Positions 18,844 through 27,844 of a stretch of DNA of 64,000 nt are shown here, one piece after another. Source of the stretch: Acidimicrobiia bacterium (GTDB lineage Bacteria > Actinomycetota > Acidimicrobiia > Acidimicrobiales > Ilumatobacteraceae); contig JBJTBM010000117.1 of the NCBI GenBank assembly GCA_046091365.1, positions 11,030-75,029 of the forward strand. The letters run 5' to 3'. A program made the translations under genes and the position numbers. How positions within the stretch are numbered: the first letter of the stretch is position 1; each line of letters starts with the position of its first letter. The notes under the pieces are model-generated. The model saw only the letters and a program-made list of their open reading frames with translations. It had not been told where the DNA came from and made no database searches.

Positions 18844-19509
18844 TCAGTGTGCCGACGCACGACGGGCGAGGGCGATCGCGGCCACCAGATCGTCGTGCGA
18901 GTAGTCGGGCCAGGCCGCCTTGGCGAAGTGGATCGGCGCCCCCATCGACTGCCAGAGGAGGAAGTTCGACACGCGGTGTTCGCCCGATGTGCGCACCATG
19001 ACGTCGACGCGTGGAAGGTCCGACTCGTACATCGCGACGTCGAGCGCCGGGACCGTCGGCTCGCGTCCCTCGCGACGCAATCGCTCGGCGGCGTGGGCTA
19101 TCTCGGCGCGGCTGCCGTAGTCGAAAGCCACGGTGAGGGTCATACCGGTGTTCGCGGCCGTGTCGGCGATGGCTTTGCGAATGGCGCGTTGCACGTAGCG
19201 GGGTGTGCGGGCGGTGGGTTCGTCGAACGGACGACCGAGCCAGCGCACCCGGACCCCGAGGTCGTTCAACTCGGCCACCCGTCCGAACAACTTCTCGTGC
19301 AGGCCGAGAATGTGGCGCACCTCGCGTCGCGGTCGCACCCAGTTCTCGGTGGAGAAACCGAAGACGGTCAGGTGGTCGACACCCAGTCGGACCGCGGAAC
19401 GTACCACCGCGGCCAGATTCTCCTCGCCCGCGGTGTGGCCGGCGGTTCGGGGCAGGTCGCGTTGACGGGCCCAACGGCCGTTTCCATCCATGATGCAGGC
19501 GACATGCAC
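18844..19509 (-). CDS. uppS: cis-prenyltransferase (undecaprenyl-diphosphate synthase family), catalytic-type but lacking the C-terminal RXG
   Basis: HVACIMDGNGRWA, GH, FSTENWVRP and RTSGEHRVSNFLLWQ are present. The protein ends ...ALARRASAH. The start at GTG 19509 is supported by TACGGT 6 nt upstream. Alternative in-frame starts are at 19554 and 19590. Confidence 0.85.
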   Translation of the reverse strand: MHVACIMDGNGRWARQRDLPRTAGHTAGEENLAAVVRSAVRLGVDHLTVFGFSTENWVRPRREVRHILGLHEKLFGRVAELNDLGVRVRWLGRPFDEPTARTPRYVQRAIRKAIADTAANTGMTLTVAFDYGSRAEIAHAAERLRREGREPTVPALDVAMYESDLPRVDVMVRTSGEHRVSNFLLWQSMGAPIHFAKAAWPDYSHDDLVAAIALARRASAH

Positions 19510-19515
19510 GGGTGA

Positions 19516-19521
19516 ACCGTA
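19516..19521 (-). promoter_or_regulatory. -10 element TACGGT for uppS
   Basis: On the minus strand: TACGGT, a 6-nt spacer, then GTG at 19509. The hexamer is the same as for dinG. Confidence 0.35.
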
Positions 19522-19570
19522 CCGCCTCGGTCCGTTCGGTCGAAGACACCTCACCGACCACGGGGTGGGG

Positions 19571-19576
19571 CACAAT
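19571..19576 (+). promoter_or_regulatory. -10-like CACAAT for the uppS-like/recO operon
   Basis: CACAAT, a 6-nt spacer, then GTG at 19583. Confidence 0.3.
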
Positions 19577-19582
19577 GGTTCG

Positions 19583-20137
19583 GTGTTCACTCGTCGGGCT
19601 TCCGTTCGGTCCGCTTCCGAGGTCGGGGGCGAACTGCGGCACGCCGTGGTGGTCGGCGGAGAGCTGAGCGAATGGGAGTCCATGTCGGAGTCGGAGTGGG
19701 AGCGACGCGTCGCCCTCATCGGATCGGTGGCATCGCGGCATGGCGCCCGACACCTGTCGGTCCTCCCGTACGGAGCGACGGGTGGCTCGTCGATGCGGGG
19801 ATCGGTCCGTCACGAATCGCACGGGGTGTCGGTCGTCGTCTCCTGGAGCGCCGACGGTCGCGAGCGGATCGCCGCGGCCGTCCGGACGATCGACCCGGCA
19901 CGTGCGATCGACGAGCAAGCGGTCGAGAAGGCGATGCACGGTGAGGCGGGCGAACCTGATCTGGTGGTGGTCCTCGGACCGTCCGACCGGTTGCCTCCCT
20001 CGCTCGTCTGGGAACTCGCCTACAGCGAGTTGGTCTTCGTCGACACGAGTTGGGATTCCCTCGACGCCGAAGCGCTCGACGACGCCTTGGGTGTCTTCCA
20101 TGGACGGGAGCGTCGATTCGGCGGGGTCGATGGATGA
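19583..20137 (+). CDS. degenerate UppS-fold protein that keeps the C-terminal RRFGG but lacks the catalytic motifs
   Basis: It aligns to UppS: LRHAVVVGGELSEWE versus HVAIIMDGNGRWA, and DLVVVLGPSDRLPPSLVWELAYSELVFVDTSWDSL...GRERRFGG versus [35 protein letters not shown]...RERRFGG. Its stop overlaps the recO ATG (ATGA). The start is uncertain (19583 or 19646). Confidence 0.6.
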   Translation: MFTRRASVRSASEVGGELRHAVVVGGELSEWESMSESEWERRVALIGSVASRHGARHLSVLPYGATGGSSMRGSVRHESHGVSVVVSWSADGRERIAAAVRTIDPARAIDEQAVEKAMHGEAGEPDLVVVLGPSDRLPPSLVWELAYSELVFVDTSWDSLDAEALDDALGVFHGRERRFGGVDG

Positions 20138-20898
20138 CGAGCCGCCTGTACCGCGATCGTGGCATCGTCCTGCGCACCTACAAATCCGGTGAGTCGGATC
20201 GCATCATCGTCTTTCTGACCGAGAACAATGGCAAGGTCCGCGCCATCGCCAAGGGGGTGCGTAAGACGCGGTCGAAATTCGGTGGACGGCTCGAACCGAT
20301 GTCTCTGCTTGACCTGCAACTCCACCGGGGGCGCGATCTGGACATCGTCAACCAGGTGGAGACCGTCGACAGTTTGCACGCGGTGTTCGGTGACCTCGAC
20401 TCGATGACCGAGGCGATCGCGACCCTCGAGGCGGTCGATCAGTTGGTGCCCGACCGCGAGCCGGTGGGGAACCTGTTCCGCATGCTCGTCGGAGTCCGCC
20501 GCACGTTGCTCACACGACCGTCACCGCTCGTCGTCCCGGCCTTCCTCTGGAAGTTGCTCTCGTACGAAGGGGTTCATCCGGTCCTCGACCGGTGCTCGTC
20601 GTGCGGAGAGTCCGCCGTCTCGGAGTTCACGCTCTTCGATGTCGCACTCGGTGGCGTGGTGTGCTCGTCGTGTCGCTCGGGGGCCCCGATCTCGGCGGCG
20701 GCACTCGACCTGATGCGCGATGTGCTGGGAGGGAATTTGGGCGACGCCCTCGACCGTGCCCATCATCCCGGAGGCCAGACGCTCGACGACCCGGTGGTCA
20801 ACGAGGTCGCGGCGTTGGCGACGCGAGCCTTCGAGCATCACGTCGAGCGGCGTCTGCGCTCGGTGTCGATCTTCGAACGGCACGAACCGGGTTCCTGA
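20134..20898 (+). CDS. recO: DNA repair protein RecO
   Basis: 254 aa with an OB-fold N-terminus (LYRDRGIVLRTYKSGESDRIIVFLTENNGKVRAIAKGVRK) and a Zn motif CxxC...CxxC. Confidence 0.9.
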   Translation: MTSRLYRDRGIVLRTYKSGESDRIIVFLTENNGKVRAIAKGVRKTRSKFGGRLEPMSLLDLQLHRGRDLDIVNQVETVDSLHAVFGDLDSMTEAIATLEAVDQLVPDREPVGNLFRMLVGVRRTLLTRPSPLVVPAFLWKLLSYEGVHPVLDRCSSCGESAVSEFTLFDVALGGVVCSSCRSGAPISAAALDLMRDVLGGNLGDALDRAHHPGGQTLDDPVVNEVAALATRAFEHHVERRLRSVSIFERHEPGS

Positions 20899-20929
20899 TC
20901 TGCGCGTCACCCCCGTAGCCTTGTCCCTC

Positions 20930-22240
20930 ATGCCGGCCACGGACCTCGAACAGATCGTCAACTTGTGCAAGCGCCGGGGGTTCGTCTACCCGTCGGCCGA
21001 GATCTACGGCGGCTTTCGGAGTTCGTACGACTACGGTCCGCTCGGTTCGCTGATGTTGCGCAACGTGCGCGAGTCATGGGTGCGAACGATGGTGCAGAAG
21101 CGGGACGACGTGGTGTTGATCGACGCCGCGATCCTCGGCCCGCCCCAGGTGTTCGAGGCCAGCGGCCATCTCGCGAACTTCAGCGACCCGCTCGTCGACT
21201 GCAAAAAGTGCAAACAGCGGTTCCGCGAGGATCATCTCGAGAACCCGAGCGTGTGTCCGGGTTGCGGCTCGGAGGGAACGCTCACCGAGGCGCGCGCGTT
21301 CAACTTGATGTTCAAGACCTACGCGGGCCCCGTCGAGGGCTCCGGAGCCGAGGTGTACCTGCGTCCCGAGACCGCTCAGGGCATGTTCGTGAACTTCACG
21401 AACGTCCTGCAGACGAGCCGCAAGAAGCCGCCCTTCGGGATCGCCCAGGTCGGCAAGAGTTTCCGCAACGAGATCACGCCGGGCAACTTCATATTCCGCA
21501 CACGCGAGTTCGAACAGATGGAACTGGAGTTCTTCGTGCCTCCGGCCGAGGGTCCGGCATGGTACGAGTTCTGGTGCAACGCGCGTATGCAGTGGTACGT
21601 CGAACTCGGGATACCGGCCCACATGTTGCGTTTGCGGGCGCACGACGCCGACGAGTTGTCGCACTACTCCGCGGGCACCGCCGACGTGGAGTTCGCATAC
21701 CCGTGGGGTTGGGGCGAGCTCGAGGGCATCGCCCAGCGGACCAACTTCGACCTCAACCAGCATGCGACCCACTCTGGGCAGAAACTCGACTTCTTCGATC
21801 AGTCGACGAACGAGCGCTACGTGCCCTTCGTGATCGAGCCGGCCGCTGGCGTGAATCGTGCGATGGCCGCCTTCTTGTTGGCGGCCTACGAGGAACAAGT
21901 GGTCGGCGACGAGACCCGCACCGTGTTGCACCTCCACCCCCGCCTCGCGCCGTACAAGGTCGCCGTGCTGCCCTTGAGCAAGAAGGACAACCTCACGCCG
22001 GTGGCCCGCGCGGTGTTCGAGTCGCTCGGTGAGCGGTACATGGTCGACTACGACGACACCCAGTCGATCGGCAAGCGGTACCGCCGTCAGGACGAGATCG
22101 GCACCCCGCTGTGCATCACCGTCGATTTCGACTCGCTCGAGGACCACGCCGTGACGATCCGCGACCGCGACTCGATGGAGCAGGTGCGCGTGCCGATCGC
22201 CGACCTCGAGACCGAGGTTCGGGTGCGTCTCGGCTTCTGA
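20930..22240 (+). CDS. glyQS: glycine--tRNA ligase (dimeric GlyQS type)
   Basis: N-terminus IVNLCKRRGFVYPSAEIYGG..YDYGPLG, with class II motifs. TAGCCT lies 8 nt upstream of ATG 20930. Confidence 0.95.
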   Translation: MPATDLEQIVNLCKRRGFVYPSAEIYGGFRSSYDYGPLGSLMLRNVRESWVRTMVQKRDDVVLIDAAILGPPQVFEASGHLANFSDPLVDCKKCKQRFREDHLENPSVCPGCGSEGTLTEARAFNLMFKTYAGPVEGSGAEVYLRPETAQGMFVNFTNVLQTSRKKPPFGIAQVGKSFRNEITPGNFIFRTREFEQMELEFFVPPAEGPAWYEFWCNARMQWYVELGIPAHMLRLRAHDADELSHYSAGTADVEFAYPWGWGELEGIAQRTNFDLNQHATHSGQKLDFFDQSTNERYVPFVIEPAAGVNRAMAAFLLAAYEEQVVGDETRTVLHLHPRLAPYKVAVLPLSKKDNLTPVARAVFESLGERYMVDYDDTQSIGKRYRRQDEIGTPLCITVDFDSLEDHAVTIRDRDSMEQVRVPIADLETEVRVRLGF

Positions 22241-22267
22241 GCGCTCCGTTCCGAGCGTCTACTCTTG
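22241..22267 (+). terminator. weak hairpin after glyQS
   Basis: GCGCTC-cgttcc-GAGCGT followed by CTACTCTTG. The tail is only modestly T-rich. Confidence 0.3.
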
Positions 22268-22308
22268 AACCGGGCCTTGGGCCCACGAACCACGGAGGAA
22301 TCGTCCAC

Positions 22309-22614
22309 ATGGCCAAAGTCGCCGTTATCGCCAAGATCGCCGCTCAAGAGGGCAAGCGGTCCGACCTCGCCAAGGCCCTGCAGGCCGCGCTCGACACCGC
22401 TCAGGGAGAGGCCGGTACGGAGGCCTACATCCTGCACGAGGACGCCTCGGACGCGAACCTGTTGTGGATGTACGAGATGTACACCGATCAGGATGCCCTG
22501 ACGGTCCACATGGGTTCGGACGCGTTCAAGGCCCTCGGCCCGGCGATCATGCCGTTCTTGGCCGGTCGCCCGGAGTTGATCTTCGTGACGCCCATCGGTG
22601 GCAAGGGCGCCTGA
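22309..22614 (+). CDS. antibiotic-biosynthesis-monooxygenase (ABM) domain protein / putative quinol monooxygenase
   Basis: 101 aa ferredoxin-like ABM pattern (VIAKI...GTEAYILHED...LWMYEMYTDQDALTVHMGSDAFK). The SD sequence GGAGGA lies 8 nt upstream. Confidence 0.75.
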   Translation: MAKVAVIAKIAAQEGKRSDLAKALQAALDTAQGEAGTEAYILHEDASDANLLWMYEMYTDQDALTVHMGSDAFKALGPAIMPFLAGRPELIFVTPIGGKGA

Positions 22615-22621
22615 GCCCATA

Positions 22622-23413
22622 GTGAGCCCGCTCGCGACCTATCTCGACCGGATCGTCGCCTGGCACCGCGACCGCGCCGCCGCGGACGCGCGTGACCCGG
22701 TCGCCCTCGAAGGTCGGTGCCGGGAGATGGCACCGACACGGGGATTCCGTGATCGACTACGCACCGATGCCGTCACCGGCCTCGCCGTCATCACCGAGGT
22801 GAAGCGACGGTCGCCGTCGAAGGGCGACCTGAACGTCGATCTCGATCCGACCGAGTTGGCCCTCGCATACCGCGACGGTGGTGCCTCGTGCTTGTCGGTG
22901 CTGACCGACGAGAACTTCTTCGGGGGTTCGATCAACGATTTGCAGTTGGCCTCGGCGGCCAGTGGGCTGCCGGTGTTGCGCAAGGACTTCACGGTCAGCG
23001 CCTTCGACGTCCTCGACACGCGCTTGATGGGCGCCGATTGTGTCCTGTTGATCGTCGCGGCGCTCTCCGACGCCGAACTGGTCGACTTTCACGGACTGGC
23101 GATGTCGGTGGGTCTCGACGTGTTGGTCGAGATCCACGACGAGGAGGAGTTGTCGCGGGCGGTCGCGGTCGGCGCCGATCTCGTCGGGGTGAACCAGCGT
23201 GACCTCGTCACGTTTGAGGTCGATCACGAGCGGGCCGTCCGCGTCGCCGCGGCCATGCCTGACGGCGTGGTGAGGGTCGCCGAGAGCGGGGTGCGCGGTC
23301 CGGTCGATGCCGCAGCGTTGCGGGCCGCGGGATTCCACGGGGTGTTGGTGGGGGAGAGCATCGTCACGGCCGACGACCCCCGGGGCGCCGTGTCCGCGCT
23401 GCGTCGCGCCTGA
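22622..23413 (+). CDS. trpC: indole-3-glycerol phosphate synthase
   Basis: ITEVKRRSPSKG, KDF, VLLI, EIHD and NQRDL motifs. The start is ambiguous (GTG 22622 or GTG 22598). Confidence 0.9.
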   Translation: MSPLATYLDRIVAWHRDRAAADARDPVALEGRCREMAPTRGFRDRLRTDAVTGLAVITEVKRRSPSKGDLNVDLDPTELALAYRDGGASCLSVLTDENFFGGSINDLQLASAASGLPVLRKDFTVSAFDVLDTRLMGADCVLLIVAALSDAELVDFHGLAMSVGLDVLVEIHDEEELSRAVAVGADLVGVNQRDLVTFEVDHERAVRVAAAMPDGVVRVAESGVRGPVDAAALRAAGFHGVLVGESIVTADDPRGAVSALRRA

Positions 23414-23456
23414 ATTGATCCGCACCGCGGGTCGCGCGTCGGGTTACCCTCGGTTC

Positions 23457-24110
23457 ATGTTCGTCAAGGTGTGCGGCATCACGTCGGAGGACGATGCCTT
23501 GCTCGCCGTTGCCATGGGGGCCGACGCGGTCGGGTTCGTGTTCGCCCCGTCCCCACGGCAGGTCGCTCCACAGGTGGTGTACGACATCACCCGTCGTCTG
23601 CCTCCCGAGATCCTGACGGTCGGGGTGTTCAAGGACGAATTACCCGATCGAATCTTCGACATCGTGACCCGCGCTGGTGTCAAGGCGGTGCAGCTGCACG
23701 GTCAGGAGCCGATCACGACGGTGGCCGCGGTGTCCGAACACGTGCGATGGGTGATCAAGTCGGTGGTGGCCGGATCGCGCGAGGCGCGGATCGCCAACCA
23801 GATGGGCACCGATCTCATCCTCGTCGACGCCCCCGAACCGGGTTCGGGCAAGGTGTTCGATTGGTCCCTGGTCGATCAGATCCCGTCGGGAATCCGTCTG
23901 ATCCTCGCCGGCGGGTTGACTCCGGAGAACGTGGCCCCGGCGGTCGAGTACGTGAACCCCTGGGGAGTCGACGTGTCGTCGGGAGTCGAGGCCGCTCCGG
24001 GTCGCAAGGACCCGTTGAAGGTGAAGCGATTCATCGCCAACGCGCGGGCCGCGGCCCCGGCCCCCTTCGACGAGGGTGCCGACTTCCCGTACGACTGGGC
24101 TGACGAATAG
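23457..24110 (+). CDS. trpF: phosphoribosylanthranilate isomerase
   Basis: MFVKVCGIT...GADAVGFVFAPSPRQV...QLHG. TACCCT lies 6 nt upstream of the ATG. Confidence 0.9.
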   Translation: MFVKVCGITSEDDALLAVAMGADAVGFVFAPSPRQVAPQVVYDITRRLPPEILTVGVFKDELPDRIFDIVTRAGVKAVQLHGQEPITTVAAVSEHVRWVIKSVVAGSREARIANQMGTDLILVDAPEPGSGKVFDWSLVDQIPSGIRLILAGGLTPENVAPAVEYVNPWGVDVSSGVEAAPGRKDPLKVKRFIANARAAAPAPFDEGADFPYDWADE

Positions 24111-24203
24111 TTCACTAGTTCACACCCGCGACCGGCAATCGACTGTGCCGTTCGCGTCGAACGGTGCGAACATGGTCGTCCAGTCGCCAACTCGGGGAGT
24201 TCC

Positions 24204-25376
24204 ATGAGTTCACAGCCATCGATCATGTCCGCGCCGTCCGAGAGCGGTCGCTTCGGTGAATTCGGGGGTCGATTCGTGCCCGAGACCCTCGTTCCGGCGT
24301 GTCAGGAACTCGAGCGCGCGTTCGTCGAGGCGTGGGCCGACCCGATCTTCCGCGCCGATCTCGACGCGATCGCCAAGGAGTACGCGGGACGTCCGTCGAT
24401 CCTCACCGAGTGCCATCAACTCGGGGTTCGGCTCGGCATCCGGTTGCTGTTGAAGCGCGAGGACTTGAATCACACCGGTTCGCACAAGATCAACAACGTG
24501 CTCGGTCAGACGTTGCTGGCCAAGCGTATGGGCAAGAAGCGGATCGTCGCCGAGACCGGGGCCGGTCAGCACGGAGTCGCTTCAGCCACCGCCGCGGCGT
24601 TGATGGGGCTCGAGTGCAAGGTGTACATGGGTGCCGTCGACGTCGAGCGCCAGGCATTGAACGTCTTTCGCATGAAGTTGCTCGGCGCCGAGGTCGAGGC
24701 GGTCGAATCGGGCAGTCGCACGCTCAAGGACGCGGTGAACGAAGCGATGCGCGACTGGGTGGCCAGTGTCGAGTCGACGCACTATTGCCTCGGCTCCGTG
24801 ATGGGCCCCCATCCGTACCCGTGGATGGTGCGCGAGTTCCACCGCGTGATCGGCGACGAGGCACATGCCCAATGTCTCGACCGGTTGGGCGACGTGCCCG
24901 ACGTGGTGGTGGCCTGCGTGGGTGGCGGATCGAACGCCATCGGCATATTCTCGGGGTTCGTCGACACGCGGGCCCGTCTCGTGGGTGTCGAACCGGCCGG
25001 TGGTGCGGCGGTCGGTCGTGGTCAGCCCGGCGTGGTGCACGGCATGCGGAGCTTTCTCATGCAGGACGAGTACGGACAGGTTCAAGAGGCGCATTCGGTC
25101 TCGGCGGGTCTCGACTATCCCGGGGTCGGACCCGAGCACTCGTACCTCGCCTCCATCGGTCGCGCCGAGTACCCGAGCGTGACCGATGACGAGGTGATCG
25201 CGGCGTTCCAGTTGATGGCCCGCACCGAAGGCATCATCCCGGCCCTCGAGTGTGCCCACGCCGTGGCCTGGATCGTGCGCGAGGCTCCCGCGATTCAGGG
25301 ACAGACCGTGCTCATGAACCTGTCGGGTCGCGGCGACAAGGACGTCGGACAGATGATGGAGATCCTCGGTCGATGA
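24204..25376 (+). CDS. trpB: tryptophan synthase beta chain
   Basis: [24 protein letters not shown] and GGGSNAIG. The SD sequence GGGGAG is upstream. Confidence 0.95.
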   Translation: MSSQPSIMSAPSESGRFGEFGGRFVPETLVPACQELERAFVEAWADPIFRADLDAIAKEYAGRPSILTECHQLGVRLGIRLLLKREDLNHTGSHKINNVLGQTLLAKRMGKKRIVAETGAGQHGVASATAAALMGLECKVYMGAVDVERQALNVFRMKLLGAEVEAVESGSRTLKDAVNEAMRDWVASVESTHYCLGSVMGPHPYPWMVREFHRVIGDEAHAQCLDRLGDVPDVVVACVGGGSNAIGIFSGFVDTRARLVGVEPAGGAAVGRGQPGVVHGMRSFLMQDEYGQVQEAHSVSAGLDYPGVGPEHSYLASIGRAEYPSVTDDEVIAAFQLMARTEGIIPALECAHAVAWIVREAPAIQGQTVLMNLSGRGDKDVGQMMEILGR

Positions 25377-26155
25377 ATCGTCTCGAGGCGAAGTTGCGCG
25401 ACACGCGCGCGGCTGGTCGCAAGATACTGGTTCCGTACCTCACCGGAGGCATACCGGGCTGGACCGATGGTGTGCGTGCCGCGGCGGCCAACGGAGCCGA
25501 CGTGATCGAGATCGGTCTGCCCTTCAGCGACCCGGTGATGGATGGCCCCGTCATCCAGGAGGCGTCGCAACGGGCATTGGACGCCGGGGCGAACCCGGTG
25601 TCGATTCTCGACGAGGCCCGGGCCCTCGATGTCGAGGTGCCGTTGGTCGTGATGTGCTACTACAACACCGTCCACCACCCCGGTGCGGAACGTTTCGCGG
25701 CGATGCTGGCCTCGGCGGGCATGTGGGGCGCGATCGTTCCCGATCTGCCACTCGAGGAATCGGATTCGTGGTGCGCCGCCGCCGATGCCCGCGACCTGGC
25801 CACCATCATGTTGGCCGCCCCCACTGCTCCCGACGAGCGGCTGACGCGGGTGTGCGCCCGCGCGCGGGGCTTCGTCTACTCGGTCGGGTTGCTCGGGGTG
25901 ACGGGGGAGCGCACGGCGTTGGCGGCCACCGCCACGACGCTGGCGGCCCGTTTGAAGGCCGTGACCGACGTGCCGGTGGTGGTCGGCGTCGGGGTTTCCA
26001 ACGCCGAACAGGCCGTCGAGGCCTGTCGGGTGGCCGACGGCGTCGTGCAGGGAGCCTCCGTTGTGCGCCGATTCATGATCGACGGTGCCGACGGGGTCGG
26101 TGACTACGTCGCCGAGGTACGGCGCGCCCTCGACGGCGCGTTCCGTCCGGTGTGA
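25373..26155 (+). CDS. trpA: tryptophan synthase alpha chain
   Basis: Its ATG overlaps the trpB stop (ATGA). Motifs [26 protein letters not shown] and GFVY..S..GVTG are present. Confidence 0.95.
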   Translation: MNRLEAKLRDTRAAGRKILVPYLTGGIPGWTDGVRAAAANGADVIEIGLPFSDPVMDGPVIQEASQRALDAGANPVSILDEARALDVEVPLVVMCYYNTVHHPGAERFAAMLASAGMWGAIVPDLPLEESDSWCAAADARDLATIMLAAPTAPDERLTRVCARARGFVYSVGLLGVTGERTALAATATTLAARLKAVTDVPVVVGVGVSNAEQAVEACRVADGVVQGASVVRRFMIDGADGVGDYVAEVRRALDGAFRPV

Positions 26156-26156
26156 C

Positions 26157-26181
26157 TTCGGTCCGGTTGACCGAATCTTTA
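26157..26181 (+). terminator. intrinsic terminator after trpA
   Basis: 7-bp stem TTCGGTC/GACCGAA with a 5-nt loop, followed by TCTTTA. Confidence 0.5.
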
Positions 26182-26267
26182 GTGCTAAATACGACATGAC
26201 CCCCACTTGTCGGGTCAGACTGAAGAAGCCCGATCGGGCACCTACCCCCTAGACACTGGAGTACAAC

Positions 26268-26828
26268 ATGCGCAAGACCCTTGGATTGGCCCTGGCGGCC
26301 ACCGCTCTGCTCGTGGCCTGTGGCAGCGACGACAACGACGCCGTCACCACTGAGGCCCCGATGACCAGCGAGGGCCCCATGACGACTGAGGCCCCCGCGG
26401 CCGAAGACATCGTGACCATCGCGTCAGGAAACGAGGACTTCTCGACTCTGGTTGCCGCGGTGTCGGCCGCCGGCTTGGTGGAGACCCTGCAGGGCGAGGG
26501 TCCGTTCACGGTGTTCGCGCCCACCAACGAGGCCTTCGCCGCGTTGCCCGCCGGCCTCGTCGACAAGCTCCTGCTCCCCGAGAACAAGGACGTTCTGGTC
26601 AAGATCCTCACCTATCACGTGGTCGCCGGTGCCGTCATGTCCTCCGACGTGATGGCCGGAGACGTGCCGTCGGTCGAGGGGGGCAACATCGCCGTCACGA
26701 CGAACGACGGAGGTGTCCAGGTGAACGGAGCCAACGTCGTGACCCCCGACATCGTGGCGAGCAACGGCGTGATCCACGTGATCGACGCGGTGATCCTGCC
26801 GCCGGACGTGGACCCCGCGGCTCTCTGA
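26268..26828 (+). CDS. fasciclin (FAS1) domain lipoprotein
   Basis: Lipobox LLVACG and FAS1 motifs ([25 protein letters not shown]). The SD sequence GGAG is upstream. Confidence 0.85.
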   Translation: MRKTLGLALAATALLVACGSDDNDAVTTEAPMTSEGPMTTEAPAAEDIVTIASGNEDFSTLVAAVSAAGLVETLQGEGPFTVFAPTNEAFAALPAGLVDKLLLPENKDVLVKILTYHVVAGAVMSSDVMAGDVPSVEGGNIAVTTNDGGVQVNGANVVTPDIVASNGVIHVIDAVILPPDVDPAAL

Positions 26829-26847
26829 GTCCGACGAATCGACGACG

Positions 26848-26875
26848 GGGCGGGCCTTCGGGCCCGCCCTTTCGC
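26848..26875 (+). terminator. intrinsic terminator after the fasciclin gene
   Basis: Perfect 9-bp GC stem GGGCGGGCC-ttcg-GGCCCGCCC, followed by TTTCGCATT. Confidence 0.7.
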
Positions 26876-26903
26876 ATTCTCCGGTCGTGGGGCACAATGC
26901 ACC

Positions 26904-27194
26904 ATGGCTTGCGATTTGTGCGAGGCGGCCCGATTGACCGAGTGGTTCCACGAGGACGATGTCTGTTGGGTGGCCGAATGCGAAGTGTGTTCGGTGCCGA
27001 TGGTGGTGTGGCGCGAACACCGCGCCGACCCCGACGCGACGACGAAGGAATATCTGCACGCGCGATTGGCCGACGTGGTGGCTCGACACTTCGACTACGA
27101 ACACTACGTGGACGACAACATGCGACAGATCCCGGACCATTACCACGCACACGCGCGACCGCGCCGGTGGGGACAGCCGATCACTCGGCGGTGA
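26904..27194 (+). CDS. small Cys/His-rich protein with a histidine-triad-like HYHAHA motif, hypothetical
   Basis: 96 aa with CDLC...CWVAECEVC...MVVWREH...DHYHAHA. CACAAT lies 5 nt upstream of the ATG. Confidence 0.5.
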   Translation: MACDLCEAARLTEWFHEDDVCWVAECEVCSVPMVVWREHRADPDATTKEYLHARLADVVARHFDYEHYVDDNMRQIPDHYHAHARPRRWGQPITRR

Positions 27195-27379
27195 GAATCG
27201 GGTTCAGCAGGGGCGCTTGATCGGACGACCGCTCATCATGACTCCTCGTTGGGCGATAACTCGATGAAACCACTCAGCGTGTCGACCTTCTCTGGGTCAT
27301 TCGGCCCATTCGCATCCTTTTGCCACACAGAGTGGTCACATCCCCACATCGGGTCGACTCTGCGGCGGTCGGGCGGTTC

Positions 27380-27385
27380 TAAGGT
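27380..27385 (+). promoter_or_regulatory. -10 element TAAGGT for the leaderless bcp-fabZ transcript
   Basis: TAAGGT, a 6-nt spacer, then ATG at 27392. Confidence 0.45.
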
Positions 27386-27391
27386 GGACCC

Positions 27392-27844
27392 ATGTTGAAG
27401 ATCGGTGATCGGGCACCCGCGCTCGGGATTCGCGATCAGACCGGTTCGAAGGTGTCCCTCTCGTCGTTCGCCGGTCGCCGCGTTCTCGTGTACTTCTACC
27501 CAAAGGCCGACACACCCGGATGCACCCAGCAGACGTGCGCATTGCGGGACATCGCACCCACGATCGGTGACACCGCCATCGTCGGCGTCAGCCCCGATCC
27601 CGAGCCACGGCAGAAGAAGTTCGCCGACAAATACACGATCACGTTCCCCCTTTTGTGCGACACCGAGCACGTCGTGTGCGAGCGCTACGGCGTGTGGCAG
27701 GAGAAGAATCTCTACGGAAAGAAGTACATGGGCGTGGTGCGGTCGGCCTTCCTCGTCGGTCCCACCGGACGCATCGAAGAGGCGTGGTACAAGATCAGCC
27801 CGAAGGACACACCCGGCAAACTCGTCGAGGCGATCCGGCGATGA
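27392..27844 (+). CDS. bcp: thioredoxin-dependent peroxiredoxin Bcp
   Basis: VLVYFYPKADTPGCTQQTC, which is the peroxidatic PxxxTxxC motif. Confidence 0.9.
   Translation: MLKIGDRAPALGIRDQTGSKVSLSSFAGRRVLVYFYPKADTPGCTQQTCALRDIAPTIGDTAIVGVSPDPEPRQKKFADKYTITFPLLCDTEHVVCERYGVWQEKNLYGKKYMGVVRSAFLVGPTGRIEEAWYKISPKDTPGKLVEAIRR

Noticed and set aside
18785-20101. The upstream 439 codons of the 1076-aa ORF 16871..20101.
   Set aside because: Only the part from ATG 18784 onward is DinG-like, and that ATG has a -10 hexamer 6 nt upstream. The upstream extension is low-complexity and overlaps uppS in another frame and the uppS-like gene on the opposite strand.
20899-20929. A possible T-box or riboswitch leader upstream of glyQS.
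   Set aside because: Only 31 nt separate recO from glyQS, and a -10 sits 8 nt before the ATG, so there is no room for a structured leader.
24148-24171. Two mutually exclusive hairpins between trpF and trpB that resemble an attenuator: CCGTTCG-cgt-CGAACGG versus GTTCGC-N10-GCGAAC.
   Set aside because: No T tract follows either hairpin. There is no leader peptide with Trp codons and no T-box or TRAP-type (GAG/UAG repeat) features. This is probably incidental structure in a 93-nt spacer.
26167-26172. TTGACC looked like a -35 box for the fasciclin gene.
   Set aside because: There is no properly spaced -10. The hexamer is part of the 3' arm and loop of the trpA terminator hairpin.
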